Notes under the pieces: model-generated | What the model was told of the DNA's origin: nothing | The model's input: the letters and a program-made list of their open reading frames with translations, nothing else | The model's database searches: none | Part shown: positions 11,941 through 25,219 of the stretch, piece by piece | Layout: every line of letters starts with the position of its first letter | Numbering within the stretch: the stretch's first letter is position 1 | Made by a program: the position numbers and the translations under genes | NCBI GenBank assembly: GCA_002269645.1 | Contig: NIVC01000551.1 | Span: forward strand, 124,001-188,000 | DNA from: Macrostomum lignano | Lineage: Eukaryota | Direction: 5' to 3' | DNA length: 64,000 bases

Positions 11941-14568
11941 TCAATAGTATCCCAATGGTGACGACGGGCTGAACACTTCCGGCGGAGTCGGCGATCGCCA
12001 TTGCCGCTGTTCCAGCTGATCAAAATCGTCCTGATCGACAAAATTATTGGGCGTTGTCAGAAGAAATCTCGGCTGTGCAGCGCGCGAATGCAGCATCATC
12101 GGCCTGGCTGCCGACTGCGGCTGGTGCAAAATTGGCGGCAACGGTGCCGGGGACCCCGCCGCCTGCAGCTGCGACCGACCGCCCTCGCCTCCGCCTCCGA
12201 CACGTCTGCCCGAAGTGGACACCGAGGCGATGCCAGAGATGGAATCGGATCGTTCCGGGCAGCCGGCCGCAGCAGCCGACACCAGACGGTCGTCGATCTC
12301 CTCTTCGCTGACGTAGCGAAGGTGCCAGGTGCAGGGCCAGAGCTTCATCAGCGGCCTGGCAATGGTTCTATCGAATGCCAGAACGCATAGCGGCTCAAAT
12401 AGGGTCTTAGCAAAGCCCAGAACTGTGAACAGGTGGTAGAGCGCCACCGGAGCTTTGAAATGCGGGTCGGACAGCACTAGGAGGTACAGCGGGTACCAGC
12501 AGAGTACGCAGATGCCGCAGATGCCGCATAGAACTCGCTGCCGGTTGGTTCTCAGCGCGGCAAGATCTGCTAGACGGCTGGCCAGAGCGACATCGGAGGT
12601 GAGCATTGACTCCGCCATGGTGGCAGCCGCGGCTGCGAAGCCATGAGCGCCGGGTTCTGCTGCTTTTTCCGACGCAGACCGCTGCCGCCGCTTTTGCAGG
12701 CAGCGAAGGGCGGCGTTGCGCAGTCGGCAGCGCATTGATTCGTCGATAGAGCGTCGAAACGATGCTAGATAGTAGGCGGTGACGCCGAGGGCCACCTGCG
12801 GGTTTGGGTGACGTCATACATGGTTACTGTTGAATGCGGCGGATTCGAGCATATAAGATACTCAAGATCGATTCAAGGCATGCAGATTACGGCAGATTCC
12901 AACCAGACTAAAAGCAGATTCAAGGCAGATTCAAAGCAGATTCAAGGCAGATTCAAAGCAGATTCAAGGCAGATTCAGGGCAGATTCCAAGCAGATTCAA
13001 GGCAGATTCAAGGCAGATTCAAGGCAGATTCAAAGCAGATTTAAAGCAGATTGAAGGCAGATTCAAAGCCGATTTAAATCAGATTCAAGGCAGATTCAAA
13101 GCAGATTTAAAGCAGATTCAAGGCAGATTCAAAGCAGATTCAAGGCAGATTCAAGGCAGATTCCAAGCAGATTCAAGGCAGATTCAAGGCAGATTCAAGG
13201 CAGATTCAAAGCAGATTTAAAGCAGATTCAAGGCAGATTCAAAGCCGATTTAAATCAGATTCAAGGCAGATTCAAAGCAGATTCAAGGCAGATTCAAGGC
13301 AGATTCAAAGCAGATTCAAAGCAGATTCAAGGCAGATTCAAGGCAGATTCAAAGCAGATTCAAGGCAGATTCAAGGCAGATTTAAGGCAGATTCAAGGCA
13401 GATTCAAAGCAGATTCAAAGCAGATTTAAGGCAGATTCAAGGCAGATTCAAGGCAGATTCAAAGCAGATTCAAGGCAGATTCAAGGCAAATTCAAGGCAG
13501 ATTCAAGGCAAATTCAAGGCAAATTCAAGGCAGATTCAAGGCAGATTCAAGACAGACTTAAAGCAGATTCAAAGCAGATTAAAAGCAGATTCAAGGCAGA
13601 TTCCAAGCAGATTCAAGGCAGATTCAAAGCAGATTCAAGGCAGATTCAAGGCAAATTCAAGGCAGATTCAAGGCAAATTCAAGGCAAATTCAAGGCAGAT
13701 TCAAGGCAGATTCAAGACAGACTTAAAGCAGATTCAAAGCAGATTAAAAGCAGATTCAAGGCAGATTCCAAGCAGATTCAAGGCAGATTCAAAGCAGATT
13801 CAAGGCAGATTCAAAGCAGATTCAAAGCAGATTCAAAGCAGATTCAAAGCAGATTCAAGGCAGATTCAAAGCAGATTCAAGGCAGATTCCAAGCAGATTC
13901 AAGGCAGATTCAAGGCAGATTCAAGGCAGATTCAAAGCAGATTCAAGGCAGATTCCAAGCAGACTCAAAGCAGATTCAAAGCAGCAATCCGATTACCACA
14001 CGGCACTCACCGTCACAATGGTCATCCACATGAGGTACACAGTATAATTCTTCTTATGCCCGTGCAAGAACACGCAGCGGGCATCGGAGGCGCTCCAATC
14101 AAAGTTGGCGCCAATCAGCGTCGGTCCCAGGTGCAGGATGGCGCTGCAGGTGTACACCAGGGCTATGCCGAAGGCGACACAACAGGTTGACCCGCGCGGC
14201 CGGCCAGAACCGCCATCTAAATAATAGATCTCGCAGCAGGCCACCGGGATAAGGTTGAACACCCACACAGTCTGGAAGATGATGTAGCTGGTGGTGAGAT
14301 TCCGGCACGAGTCGCTGGAGATTCCGCCAGGCCGAAGGCCGTTGCCGAAAGCGAAGGCCAGGCCGGAGAGAAGCAGATTGAGGAAGGCGGAGTGCAGCAG
14401 GAAGGCCAGACGAAGGCGCCGAGTCTGCCGCTGTATGAGCACCACGCCAATCAGGCAGACGTTGCTGATTAGACTCAGACTGGCCACGGCGTACACCGCT
14501 GACTGCTCAGCGCCTCCGTGAAGCTGCTGGGCGTCGAGAGCGTGATCGTGCGGCTGCTCCAGATCCAT
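11941..14568 (-). CDS. Orphan rhodopsin-like (class A) GPCR, ~470 aa, 2 exons
   Basis: Exons 14568-14011 and 12795-11941 joined in phase 0 (GTGACG|GTGAGT ... CCCGCAG|GTG). Seven hydrophobic segments, TM6 CWYP motif, ECL2 Cys (ARCVF). Confidence 0.8.
12888..13985. repeat. 10-bp satellite filling the GPCR intron
   Basis: (GCAGATTCAA/GGCAGATTCA)n, about 110 units. Confidence 0.95.
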
Positions 14569-14689
14569 CGGTTGCTGTACTGCTGTGTGCACCTGGGTGA
14601 CTGCGAGATTGCTCAATTTCTATCATGACTGGCAGGGACTTTTATGATTTTATCATGCTAAACTGCTCAACTGGTTCGATTGTATTTAT

Positions 14690-15120
14690 CACCCTCTCAA
14701 TGCCTCCTTCTCCCCTCTCAATGTCTCTCTTCTCCCCTCTCAATGCCTCTCTTCTCCCCTCTCAATGCCTCCTTCTCCCCTCTCAATGTCTCTCTTCTCC
14801 CCTCTCAATGCCTCCTTCTCCCCTCTCAATGCCTCTCTTCTCCCCTCTCAATGTCTCTCTTCTCCCCTCTCAATACCTCCTTCTCCCCTCTCAATGCCTC
14901 TCTTCTCCCCTCTCAATGCCTCTCTTCTCCCCTCTCAATGCCTCTCTTCTCCCCTCTCAATGCCTCTCTTCTCCCCTCTCTCCATCCCTCTCTTCTCCCC
15001 CCTCTCTCCATGCCTCTCTTCTCCCCCTCTCTCCATGCCTCTCTTCTCCCCCTCTCTCCATCCCTCTCTTCTCCCCCCTCTCTCCATGCCTCTCTTCTCC
15101 CCCTCTCTCCATGCCTCTCT
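14690..15120. repeat. Pyrimidine-rich minisatellite (~19-22 bp)
   Basis: Units such as TCTCTTCTCCCCTCTCAATGCC. Confidence 0.9.
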
Positions 15121-16139
15121 CATATTTTATAACAGAATGATTTATTCTCTAAGCCTCAATATCCTTTCCAGTCTTCAATGTATATAGTGCATTACCCAAA
15201 TTAAAAATCACAAGCAACTGCTTACCAGTCACATGAATAAGTCAATAATTAGCAGTAATATACGAATATAGTAAAATCTATATAAAAATAATTTGAACAC
15301 AGCTTGGTCAGTTTTCTGATGAATGATAAAAACCTACACACAGGTTCTGCTGCATGACCCGTGCAATAATAAATAAGGTCCCTCTAGTCTCTCTTTCCTC
15401 TGTGTGTACAAGTCCAGACGCCTCTCTCCTCATTCGATATAGCTGTTCTCTCATCAAGTGTGCATCTGCAGCGCATGACATTTGCCAGGCCAACACAAAA
15501 GTTTCGGCCCGGAGGAAGGCAGGGGGGGGGGGTTATAATCGCGCGTGCCTGCAAGCCCGCAATTCTACCACAGGTATGTCATCTTGCTGGTCTGGTTTGC
15601 ATTCCTACAGCCCAGGGACCCCTCTGTATGCGAATCTAAAAGACAAACAACCTGCTGGAATCTCTACTCCGAGTTTTAGACAATTAAGAAATATAAAAAA
15701 CCTTATTGCATAGAGGCCCCGCAGTTGACTTGGCCTAGTCTGAATTCTATATAAACACTGAGAACTTGAGAAGGCTAATTTGCATTTAATTGAAGCATTT
15801 TTTGCGTCTGAAAAGGTTTATATATCGTATATACTTAATGCTCCTAATAAGCATGGTTTGCCTGTGGGTGATTAAGATTTAAATAGTAGAGATATAGATG
15901 ATCTATATAGATTGCATTTATATCTAACTGATGATCGACTAAAAGTTGTCTAGAACAGAGCATAAACTGATCTGCATGTATAGACACGAGCCTAGGGATC
16001 TATAGATTTATTATATTGTAACTTAAAATGATCTGTAGATCGATACTGGATCGCAAAACCACTGGTCTATAGATCTATTAAATTACAAATCAGTTAATCT
16101 ATAGATCTAATAAATATCAAACCAAGTGATCTATAGATT

Positions 16140-16385
16140 CATTGGATCGCAAACCAAGAGATCTAAAGATCCATTGGGTGGCAAACCTAGTAATCTACAG
16201 ATACATTGGATCGCAAACCAAGAGATCTAAAGATCCATTGGGTGGCAAACCTAGTAATCTACAGATACATTGGATCGCAAACCAAGAGATCTAAAGATCC
16301 ATTGGGTGGCAAACCTAGTAATCTACAGATACATTGGATCGCAAACCAAGAGATCTAAAGATCCATTGGGTGGCAAAGCAAGTGA
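16140..16385. repeat. 64-bp tandem repeat, about 4 copies
   Basis: ATTGGATCGCAAACCAAGAG recurs at 16141, 16205, 16269 and 16333. Confidence 0.9.
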
Positions 16386-17277
16386 TCTATGGACGAAAGT
16401 TTAGGGTTGTTGTGTGTTCACAATTTATTTTTTTAAATCACTTTAAGTCCCAAACAAATAAATAAATAGAACATCAGATAAATAAGTTTGTTGGATTCAA
16501 TACTTATGGCAGTAAGGCTCTGCAGGTAATTAAACGCCTGTAAAGAAATAAAAACCAGCAAGGCGAATACTTTTAGGTTATATATTTATACTTACAATTT
16601 AAAATATAATTAGTAAACAATAAAAAGGAAAAATAATTAAGCACCTTATCAGTGATAACTAATTACAAAATGAAAAATGAAAAATAATGCTTTCGAATAA
16701 CATACTGGACATAAAAATAATGCAGACATACGATGGTTGACAGAATAATAGTTGCAAATGCACCCACTAATGTCAGTTTAAGAACAATAGCACAATCTTC
16801 AGTTCTAACTTGTTTTATTTACTGAAGTCGTGCTTAAAAATTGATGTTACGCTACCCTGATCAGGAGGATCAAGTTTCCAGACCAGACTAAGACAACAGT
16901 TAGTAATTTAAACAATATTTTCAATTGCTCCTACTGATAGTAAGTAAGAAGGAATTTTACAACCTTTATTTTCTATGATCGTTGATCGCTAAACTAGATA
17001 TTCTTACTTTTGCCTGAATGGCAAAAATGCACATAAATTTGATTATTCTAAATTTTACTAATTAGTTCTAGGATTTTTGTAAAAAATTTTGCGTCAATTC
17101 GGTCTTGTCCTCCCCACACAGTTTAAAAAATCAGTCAATCAATCAACGTTTGACTAATTACTACCACCTTTTCACCTTATCAGCGAGGAGGCAAGCATTC
17201 ATGCCAATTCCGCTGACTACTGAGCACATGAAAAGCGCGCCAATACTGTACGCAGGTCCGCACTCATGCACACGCTT

Positions 17278-17580
17278 ATATAATAATAATAATAATAATA
17301 ATTGATTACAATTGAGCCCCAATTGAGCAGATGTGCAACCGACAGCTCAGCCGCAGCTATTGCGCGGCGCATCTGAAGGCTGCGTACGGCTGTTCAGTCC
17401 AAGGACTGGGGGGGGGGTCGCCACACATCCTCAATTGCCCCAGCTAATGCTGGCACCCATTTTACAGCTGGGTGAACTGAAGCAATGCAGAGTTAAGTGT
17501 CTTGCTCAAGGACACAAATTGTTCCAAGTGGGATTGGGAATCGAACCCTTGACCTTCAAGTCGTGAGTCCGACGCTCTCG
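17278..17580 (-). mobile_element. tRNA-derived CORE-type SINE with (ATT)n tail
   Basis: Minus strand: tRNA-like head with B box GGTTCGATTCCC, then GTGTCCTTGAGCAAGACACTTAACTCTGCATTGCTTCAGTTCACCCAGCTGTAAAATGGG (similar to the MIR/CORE domain), ending in (ATT)n. Confidence 0.75.
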
Positions 17581-17674
17581 CGGGTCGTGGGTGGCTGTAC
17601 ATCCTGTGTGAGCGTGTGTATGAGTGCGTGCTTGCGTACAGTATTGCCGCACTTACTTCACTTCAAATCAAACG

Positions 17675-18433
17675 TCACTTAGCATCGCGACAAGCAGCTA
17701 CAAATGCAACCAGCGACTGGCGCAGTGCTGGCAGAAAGCTGCGCCAGTCGGGCCCACTGACGCTGTCGTCAGTGGAAGAGTTCAACCGCTGCATCAGGAG
17801 CGGCAGGCGTTCGGACACGAATTCCGGGAAAAAATTGCTCGACTCAACGCTAAGCGGGCCGCCGCTGCCGTAGCCGCTCAGCACTAATCCGAATGTCACA
17901 TCTGTCAGATAAATGACAATCTGCAGTCGATTATTGCGTAAAAATCTTATATCCAAGCCTAGCCGTTTAGTATAGGCGGCAACCAGTGCTTCCAGCCTCT
18001 TTAATTCGACATCCTCATCGGAGGTGTCGCTATCAACTGCGGCAGCCAGTCGATCGCGCAGTTCGACAAGGTGCCGACAGTGCGAACTCAGCGCGTCAAC
18101 TCGTTCAGATAGGCAGCGATTCTCTAAGCTGGCAGCTACCCGAGCTTCAATGGTTGAGACCAGCTCAGCTGATAGACTATTCAGCCGGCTGACTGTGTCA
18201 CAGCTAGCTGACGCCAGGGCGCTGTTGGCTCTGGCCTCTAACGAATCAGCACACTGAATAGCCGTTTCCACTGCCGACGTGTCAGCGTCAAGAAGCTCTC
18301 GACGACTGGCCAGCACTGCTAGAAGTTGGCTAATAGCGGCGGGTGTAGCTAATTCTAGCTCGGCAGCAGCATCTTCCGTGTTGGATGAATTTGGCGATGC
18401 AGCATTGTGGGCAACGATTTCCTCTTGAGCCAT
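17675..18433 (-). CDS. SPC25: Kinetochore protein Spc25 (Ndc80 complex), single exon, 252 aa
   Basis: Long coiled coil followed by an RWD-like head: YTKRLGLDIRFLRNNRLQIVI and DWRSFLPALRQSL match the Spc25 YxxxLGLxI...LxFxF and FxxFLxxxRxxF pattern. Confidence 0.7.
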   Translation of the reverse strand: MAQEEIVAHNAASPNSSNTEDAAAELELATPAAISQLLAVLASRRELLDADTSAVETAIQCADSLEARANSALASASCDTVSRLNSLSAELVSTIEARVAASLENRCLSERVDALSSHCRHLVELRDRLAAAVDSDTSDEDVELKRLEALVAAYTKRLGLDIRFLRNNRLQIVIYLTDVTFGLVLSGYGSGGPLSVESSNFFPEFVSERLPLLMQRLNSSTDDSVSGPDWRSFLPALRQSLVAFVAACRDAK

Positions 18434-19006
18434 TGCGCTTTGCCCGTGGGATTAATTAGCACGAAATGTATATTACTCGAATGCAAACAGTAATACAAAT
18501 TAATAAATAGGTCATATAGCTTAATATATTACAGGACTAATTGTCAAAAATTACTAAAGTTCCACAGTAGCTATGGATATTGAGACTTGACAGCTAGCAT
18601 CAGTCAAAAATGCTTGATTAATAAATAATCACTAATGTTGGGGAGTCAAGCTATTATAATTAGAGCTTATAATAATTAAAAAAATAAATGATACAATATG
18701 AACTTCAGGATAAGATAGCTAACCATTTCAAGGTTTCATTCTGACCCTCTCACGTCACGACCTTGTTTATAATAGCTATACCTATTCTAGGACTGCCACT
18801 CCTATATCTATAAGAAAAAAGTGGATAAATGTAGACAATTGTTTATGCACTTTCAAGGCAACCTAGTGGCATTTTTTATATAATAGCACTTGTGAAATAT
18901 GGTGCATGGTACCTAGCCTTTGACAGAGAAATGTTTAGTATATGTCATCTGGTATAGGTATACTATAGCGGCGGCCACTATAGTATACCTATAGTCTTCC
19001 CACTAG

Positions 19007-21730
19007 CTGCGGAATTCCGCAGTGAGGAAATTTTAAGTAGACCTGCGGAAAATCAAGGGGATTTTCGTACTCTACGGAAATTTTTCATTTCTGAATTTGC
19101 TCTCATGTTATACTCCAATTTTTCAGTGCTGCATTATTATTCATATTCATATTGATAATAAAAATATAACAGGGATAACATAATGTGAAACTTTTGCCAA
19201 TCAGTTGTTGGGCTTTAGCTTTACCTTTGCAAAATTCACCCTCCTAGCTCTCTTCCAGTCTCACTCTAGCAGATTGCAGTCCAGTAGACATCGATGACAA
19301 TTATTCCTTATATTTTTATTTTTATTTCAGAAAACTAGAACTTAAAATGTCTCTAAGCAAGCCTCGTGCTACTGAATTTCGACCCGAATGGCTGCTCAAG
19401 CACATTGATGGTAAACTTATTGGAGACTGGCTGGAACCAGATCCTAGCAATCAACTGCGAGGCCACTGCACAATATGTGATAGTTTTTTCATCTCGGCAC
19501 GAGTGGCTTTGGTGCTGTCACAGCTCACGCCAAGGGAAAAACATTTTAACCGATTGCCAGTTCCAAAGATGACAGGAATTGAGCAGTTTTTTTCTTCCAA
19601 AGCTGGCAATGGCATAGTCATCATTTGCTGCAACGAAGACGGCAGATAAAGAGGTGCTACAGGCAGAGTTGCGACTAGGACGACTGCATTTTGTAGAGCA
19701 CAATATTGCCTACAATGTAGCGGATCACTCGGGTGTGTACCCTGCTATATTTACAGACAGCAAGATTGCTAAAGACATGAAGCGCCGTCACACAAAGCTG
19801 TGCTATCTTGTTAATCACAGCCTTGCACCAGTAATGCGCCAGGAGTTAATTCAAGACCTCAACTCTGGTTGCGGACTTTTTTCGTTTAGCATTGATGAGT
19901 TATCAGATGGCCCACGAAAACATCTGGCAGTGGCAATATCCTTGTCTCATCCAAGAAACGTAAGCTGTGCACTACAGCCTTAAAAACTGTCAAAGTTTCT
20001 GACTGCTCAGCCGCTGCCTTGAAGGACAAAGTTTTGAAGGTCCTCAAAGAGTTCAACATCCCCTTGAAGAACTGTGTGAGTATATTAACTGATGGACCAG
20101 CAGTTATGGTTGAGAAGTACAATGGCTTCCAAAAAGTAATGCGTGACTCTGCTTTGCACCTTGTTTCCATAGGGCCATGCAGTCTGCACATTGTATCCAA
20201 TGCAGTGCGACATGCATTGACACCCTTGGTGGAGATGTTGAGAATTTTGCAGATAATGTTTACTCCTATTTTCAAACAGCACAAAGGTGGACACGGTACA
20301 AGCATGTTCAAGAGCTACTTGAAGTAGCTCATCATCGCCTGCTACGGTGTGTTGAAACCAGATGGGTGCAGCTATTGCCAGTAGTTAACAGGCTTCTTGA
20401 GCAATATCCTGCTCTAGAAGAATTCTTTCTGAAGAATCCATTGTTGATTGATAGCAAGAGTAAAAAACCAAGGATATTGCTGAGCATCTTAAAAAAAGCA
20501 GACTTCTTGACCTCCAATTTTTGGCTGCTGTCTTGCCTCTTCTGGATCAATTTGAGAAGAGCTTCTAGATGGAAGAGATTTCCGTTCATCTGCTGCACAA
20601 AGAAGTCCACAATTTGTTTCGACAGACACTATCATCTGAATCCTAAGCATATTCAGGCCAATGCTAGACACCTGAAGAATTTGTCACTGGAAGTTTCATT
20701 CTTCCTTCCTGATAATTTAATTTTCATTGGCAAAGCTGCTAAAGCAACGTTGCAGAGCTTCTCGGAAACTCAGAAGAAGCACTTCTTTTTGCATGTCCAC
20801 TCATTCTATCGTGATCTTGGCTTGTATATGCAAGAACATTTGCCACTAGCAAATTCTGTTTTGCATACATTGCAATTTCTTGATCCCATGTATCCTTCGA
20901 ATGTTGGTCTCTCAACAGCTATATCAGATGCTGCTGCCTGCAACTTGGCCAAACTAATGGTGTACACTCCAGAAGCAGTGTCAAAAATAGAAGCGGAGTG
21001 GCGTTGTTTTCTTGTCGACCAACAAGTTGTAAGTTTTGCCAAGGACAATGATGTGGCCACCTTTTGGCTTCAAGTGGCAAAGCTAGAGCTTAATAGCAAA
21101 AAAAAATATGCTACACTAAGCCAACTGGCTTTAGGCGCTTTAAGTATTCACCCTGGCAATGCAGCTGCTGAGCGCATCTTTAGTGAGCTATCAGACTTGC
21201 TCACAAAAAATGCAACAAACTTGGAGAGTTGTCAATTGATGCGTGCCTCTTTGTTTGTCACTATATCCAACAATCAGGACATAAAGGTACTGAGCCAACA
21301 ACCTGCGAAAACTTTCCATTCACAGAAGTTTATCTTCAGTCAGCTACAAAGGCTCATTTAGCCTACATGGAGTTTCTGCAGAAACAAAAGGCAGATGAAG
21401 CTGCTATAAAAGCATCATAGCTTGCCGCTAAGCAGATGGAGGTGCAGGTTGCTGCTGAGCTAGAGCTGACAAAGAAACGACAAGACCTGAAGGCCAAAGA
21501 AGAAAAACTGGCTCAAGAGCATGAAAAAATTGATGCTGAAAAATGAGCAACTTCAGCTATGCTGCAAGAATATAAAAAAATGAGGGCATTGGAAGAGCGA
21601 GAGTCAAAGGCCATCAAGTACGATGCCAAGCTACTGAAGCGGAAGCTTAAAACACAAGATGAACTTGCTGCTGAAGCACTGAAAAAAAGCTGCAAAAATG
21701 ATTTGAAGGGACAATGTACAGTAAATGCCA
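19007..21730 (+). mobile_element. hAT-superfamily DNA transposon with frameshifted/stopped transposase
   Basis: ORF fragments in different frames (19347-19649, 19654-19983, 20019-20327, 20177-21361): N-terminal W...CxxC zinc finger, FSFSIDELSD (first catalytic D), LTDGPAVM, CSLH, ETRW, and dimerisation motif HPGNAAAERIFS. Element ends not defined. Confidence 0.85.
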
Positions 21731-24700
21731 ATTAATTTCAATTAACAATCTAATTCATGCAAAGTCATGCAATCATATGGAACCAACCAATCTTTATTCA
21801 CAAATTATGTATTAATAAACACTGTACAATAAAAATAATAACGTAACAATTTACACTTAAAATACACTGCTACAAATAGTATACTGCTATAAAAAGTAAC
21901 TAGACTATGGCTAGTGCCTAGCATGTCGTAAATGTACTACTGTTCATTACAATACAATAAAATAGTAGTATTATAGAATATCCTTCATTTAATTATTAAA
22001 AGCAAGCAAAGCGTGTTACCCAAATTAATCATATTTTGTTTCAAAGTTTTTGGTATAATAACGAGGTTCATTTTTAGTATATAGACTAGAGCATTATGGA
22101 CATTCAAGCATACAAACAAAACCTTAGAGATTTAGTATATTTAGATGTAATGAATAAAAAAAGCAAACAGTTTCTTTTTCCATTTTTTTTCTCTTAAATC
22201 TGTTTGTTTGTCTTCAGGCATAGCCTTTTCACTAGCGTGTATTAAATACAGAAATCAACTGGAGAAATCAAATGCCTTTGTAGGCAAACCATGAATTTTT
22301 TGTTTGCAACGGATATATTTTTGGCCTCTTGGTGGGTGTTTTTTGTCAATAATGATTTCAAATAAGAAACTAATGCTCTCAAAATTAATGTGACTGTTTT
22401 TTTGTTTTGCATTTATGTGTGTTTGTGTCTATTTGGTTTATGCTATAATCTTGTATCAACGTAATATATTAATTTATGTAGCATTATTTTGCAATTTGCA
22501 TACAAACAAACAAATTATTTTTTCTCTGCAAACTGCAAAAAACATCCTAATACTACTAAAGTTAATCATCTACTACTATTGTTGCTAATGTAATACCCCC
22601 AATGTTTTTTCTTAAAAGTATTTCTGTATTTCTAGGAGTTTTACTTGTAAATTAGTTCAAAATATAATATTTTATAATGCAAAATATGAGCCAATTTTAG
22701 GAAAAGACCAACTTTGAACTCTGTAACTTGCTAAATTGTTAGCTTGTGTTAAAGTTTGCTAAATTCATTCTTAGACTTACAAGTGTTGCTTATTTGCAGT
22801 AAAGAATCTAAAAAGGAGTTTAAAGAAATTTGCTAAGAGAAGGATTGTGAGATTATACAAAGCTATATTCTAATATTGATTTTCTAATCCTAGTAATGCC
22901 TAGATTCTGAATAATACATGTATTAAAAAAACCATTCAGGCCTACAAGATTTTTATTAAGATACTACCAGAATTACCCTACAAAAGCTTAGTATTAGGCC
23001 TAGTATAACTACATATGTGCCAGAAAATTTTCTAGACCTAGAATATACCATTGGCATATAGAGGGGCCTAGTAGTATGCCTTCTTGGCATAGGTCTATAG
23101 CTTGGAATATAGAGATTGCTGAGATAGCAGATAGGACCAACAGTACCAAGTCCCAATTAATCTACATAGTTAGCATACAAAAATATGGCCTGGGTGATCT
23201 AGTCCTAGTACTAGATTTAGGCCTATATATAGATATTAGTATATATTAGCCTATATTAATATATAGGCCTAGGCCTATATTTATTCAATTGGGTGTTCAC
23301 TAAGATAAGAGGGTCATGGTCATGGCACAACTCTTAGTATCCCTTTGACTTTTGTATAGCAGCTTTTAATTTTCATTCTTAGCAACCCCTTTTGTACTTG
23401 TTCTCAAATTGGACTTTGAAATAACAAATAACAAAACATTTCAAATTCTGAGTATTTGAGTTCAAGTCCACTATTAGAGGCTTTTACATCAAAAACGGGT
23501 TGTTTTATTTGTTGTTAAACGGGGTGGGAAGCTGGGCTTACCCGCGGATCAGCCCTAGGGCCTGGGGGAGGGGGCTCTGCCACTGTGGGGCACTTTCAAC
23601 TTTCTTAGGGCACTTTCGTGGACCCGATACCCTCTTCGGAATACCAAGAACCAGTGAATTGGGCCCTGACATAAGCCAGGAGAGAGCAGAAGGACCTTAA
23701 GCCTACAGTACAAACATGGCCAACCCAATATTAGTGGAATCAGGGATGGTACTAGGACTGAATTCACCTAAGCTACCTCCTAGCAAACAAGTCCTCAGGA
23801 GTGCGCAGCGGGTTGTTTTATTTGCTCCTATATATAGTAGATTTTCCTCCATGCATTAAAACAAAAAATAACTTGCTTATTTAAGCCAAATTTGTACAGT
23901 AGGCTACTCGTACAGTATAACAAAAGAAATGTAATTTTTGGCATCGCGCACAAATATAACCTCTTAAGAAACAAGTAGAATATTACTGTTGCTTTATATA
24001 ATTAATGTTCTATTTATTGGCTTTGCTTTTAAATACAATGCCCAGGCCAGGGTCAGGATTGCATAGGCCTAGCTCTATATGTGGGAATGAAATTTTCTTC
24101 TGTAGGCCTAGTTCATGTACAGCATATGCCAATGTATGCCAATAAACCAAATTTTTTAAGCTATATACAGTGAGTTCATTTCAACTATATACATATTTAC
24201 AATAGCTATTTTTTTTACTTTTAACTTCCTTGAAAAGTTAAACTTAGTTTTTTTTATTTAGGCCTAGTAGTAGTATATAGGCCTATTCCATTTTTGGAAG
24301 GGTTAAGAGCTATTCTTTCTGATCAGAATTTAGCTATTGTAAATATGTATATAGTCACAGAGATGAATCAAATAGAATGAGGAGATAAATGTGGAATTAC
24401 ATGTATATCTCCTAGTCGTTTCGACAGCTTCGAGTAGGATAGCCTATTTGAGGTGGGGCGGAGAAAATAAAATAAAAAGGGGTTTCAAAATCGGCCGGTT
24501 GCTGAGTGTCACAGTGGGCCTTTTCATATTACCAATTCCAGAACCAGAATCGGTTCGGAATTCCAAGAAAAACAGCAGTAGGGGGGGCCGGGGCTATAAC
24601 TATTAAACTCTGTTAATATTTGACTGAATGACTGCCTTAACAACCTAACTTAGCACATTTTTTCACTTTCTTCTTGGCGATTGTCATTCAATATTAAAAA

Positions 24701-24903
24701 CTTTATAGCACGTATCTCCCTCTAGTTATGGAGACAAAAAGCTATACTTCACAAATTGGTTCTGGTTCTGGAACCAGAACAAGCAATGGTAAAGGCCAAG
24801 TGTCACCAATGAGGTGGGGCGGTCTAACTTTGAATTTCCGCCGGCGTTGCGTTCGCACGAATAAATCCGGAAACTCACGCAGACGAATCGCAACAAAATT
24901 TTA

Positions 24904-25210
24904 TACTGAATTTAGCAGACTAAGGCAGACTTCAGAAAGCAGAGAGGCAGATTCAATCTGATGGAGGAGGGCGGAGAGGCAGATTCAAGGATTATGGGGG
25001 GAAAGCGGAGAGGCAGATTCAAGGGTCCTGAGGGGAGAGCGGAGGCAGATTCAAGGGTCCTGAGGGGAGAGCGGAGAGGCAGATTCAAAGGTCCTGAGGG
25101 GGAGCGGAGAGGCAGTTTCAAGGAGAGCCAGATTCAAGGACTGATGGTGGAGAGCGGAGAACCAGATTCAAGGATCCTGAGGAAGAGCGGAGAGAGGGAT
25201 CCTGAGAGAT
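24904..25210 (+). repeat. Dispersed repeat with GGAGAGGCAGATTCAAGG tandem core, copy 1
   Basis: Begins TACTGAATTTAGCAGACTAAGGCAGACTTCAGAAAGCAGAGAGGCAGATTCAAT, near-identical to 28849 onward. Confidence 0.85.
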
Positions 25211-25219
25211 TCGTCAAGA

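Noticed and set aside
15447-15510. Hammerhead-ribozyme-like arrangement on the minus strand (CGAAAC...GTC...TTGATGAG)
   Set aside because: Stem III can pair, but the core reads UUGAUGA instead of CUGAUGA and stems I and II pair poorly. An Infernal search with hammerhead models would be needed to revive it.
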